Source: Bradymonadia bacterium (GTDB lineage: Bacteria; Myxococcota_A; Bradymonadia; UBA7976; UBA1532). From it: 64,000 bases of DNA. The notes under the pieces were generated by a model. The model was given only the letters and a program-made list of their open reading frames with translations. It did no database searches and was not told where the DNA came from. Each line of letters starts with the position of its first letter. Position 1 is the stretch's first letter. Below, one piece after another: positions 63,777 to 64,000 of this stretch. The DNA is taken from the NCBI GenBank assembly GCA_046290225.1, contig JBKAGE010000038.1, forward strand, positions 1 through 64,000, written 5' to 3'. A program made the position numbers and the translations under genes.

Positions 63777-64000
63777 TCAATCGGGCAGAATATTTTTCGG
63801 CAGCTCCCCTGACTGCCCCCAATTCAGGTCGCAGATGATGGGCACATGGTCAAAGAAGACCGCCTCGGTGACCGGCGGTGGACCTCCGGGTAGGCCTGCG
63901 GCAACACAGGCCCCCTCCAGCCCACGGGCGAGCACGTGATCGATGTTGAACAGGCCTGCGTAGGTGGGTTCGACGTCGCGCCCGACCTCGGAAATGAAAC
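63777..64000 (-). CDS. C-terminal fragment of an endonuclease/exonuclease/phosphatase (EEP) family protein; runs off the window
   Basis: Manual translation ...EPTYAGLFNIDHVLARG...FFDHVPIICDL...PD*. The IDH and DHxP motifs fit EEP. Not in the ORF track. Confidence 0.75.
   Translation of the reverse strand, partial: FISEVGRDVEPTYAGLFNIDHVLARGLEGACVAAGLPGGPPPVTEAVFFDHVPIICDLNWGQSGELPKNILPD

Overview
GC-rich bacterial chromosomal segment (about 65-68% GC by eye). It looks like Myxococcota or a related predatory deltaproteobacterial lineage, inferred from Asp/Gly-rich-linker lipoproteins, three Hanks-type kinase genes, an RCC1-repeat protein and Cys-rich surface proteins. It holds about 47 protein-coding genes. 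No rRNA, tRNA, CRISPR array, transposase or integrase was seen. Recognisable housekeeping genes: cysM, monomeric icd, htpG, hemH, epmA, birA, coaX, yacG and a fused 2-oxoacid dehydrogenase E1. Best leads: (1) a co-oriented cluster of an exported 10-Cys metallothionein-like peptide, an ECF sigma factor, a Cys/His-rich membrane anti-sigma candidate and an OPT/YSL transporter (26867->23617); (2) a maleylacetate reductase::alpha/beta-hydrolase fusion coupled to a divergent HmgA-family dioxygenase, possibly a new ring-cleavage route; (3) a TrcP-like deaminase-pseudouridine synthase (tRNA C-to-Psi editor); (4) a candidate ECF-promoter-driven sRNA with anti-Shine-Dalgarno loops (about 11065-11231); (5) an orphan PadC-like ParB-domain protein with a coiled coil; (6) a PhaR-type operator upstream of an SDR that may be PhaB; (7) a heavily structured inverted-repeat region at 1-635. 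All calls come from reading motifs by eye. No database searches or folding programs were run, and several start codons were re-chosen by hand.
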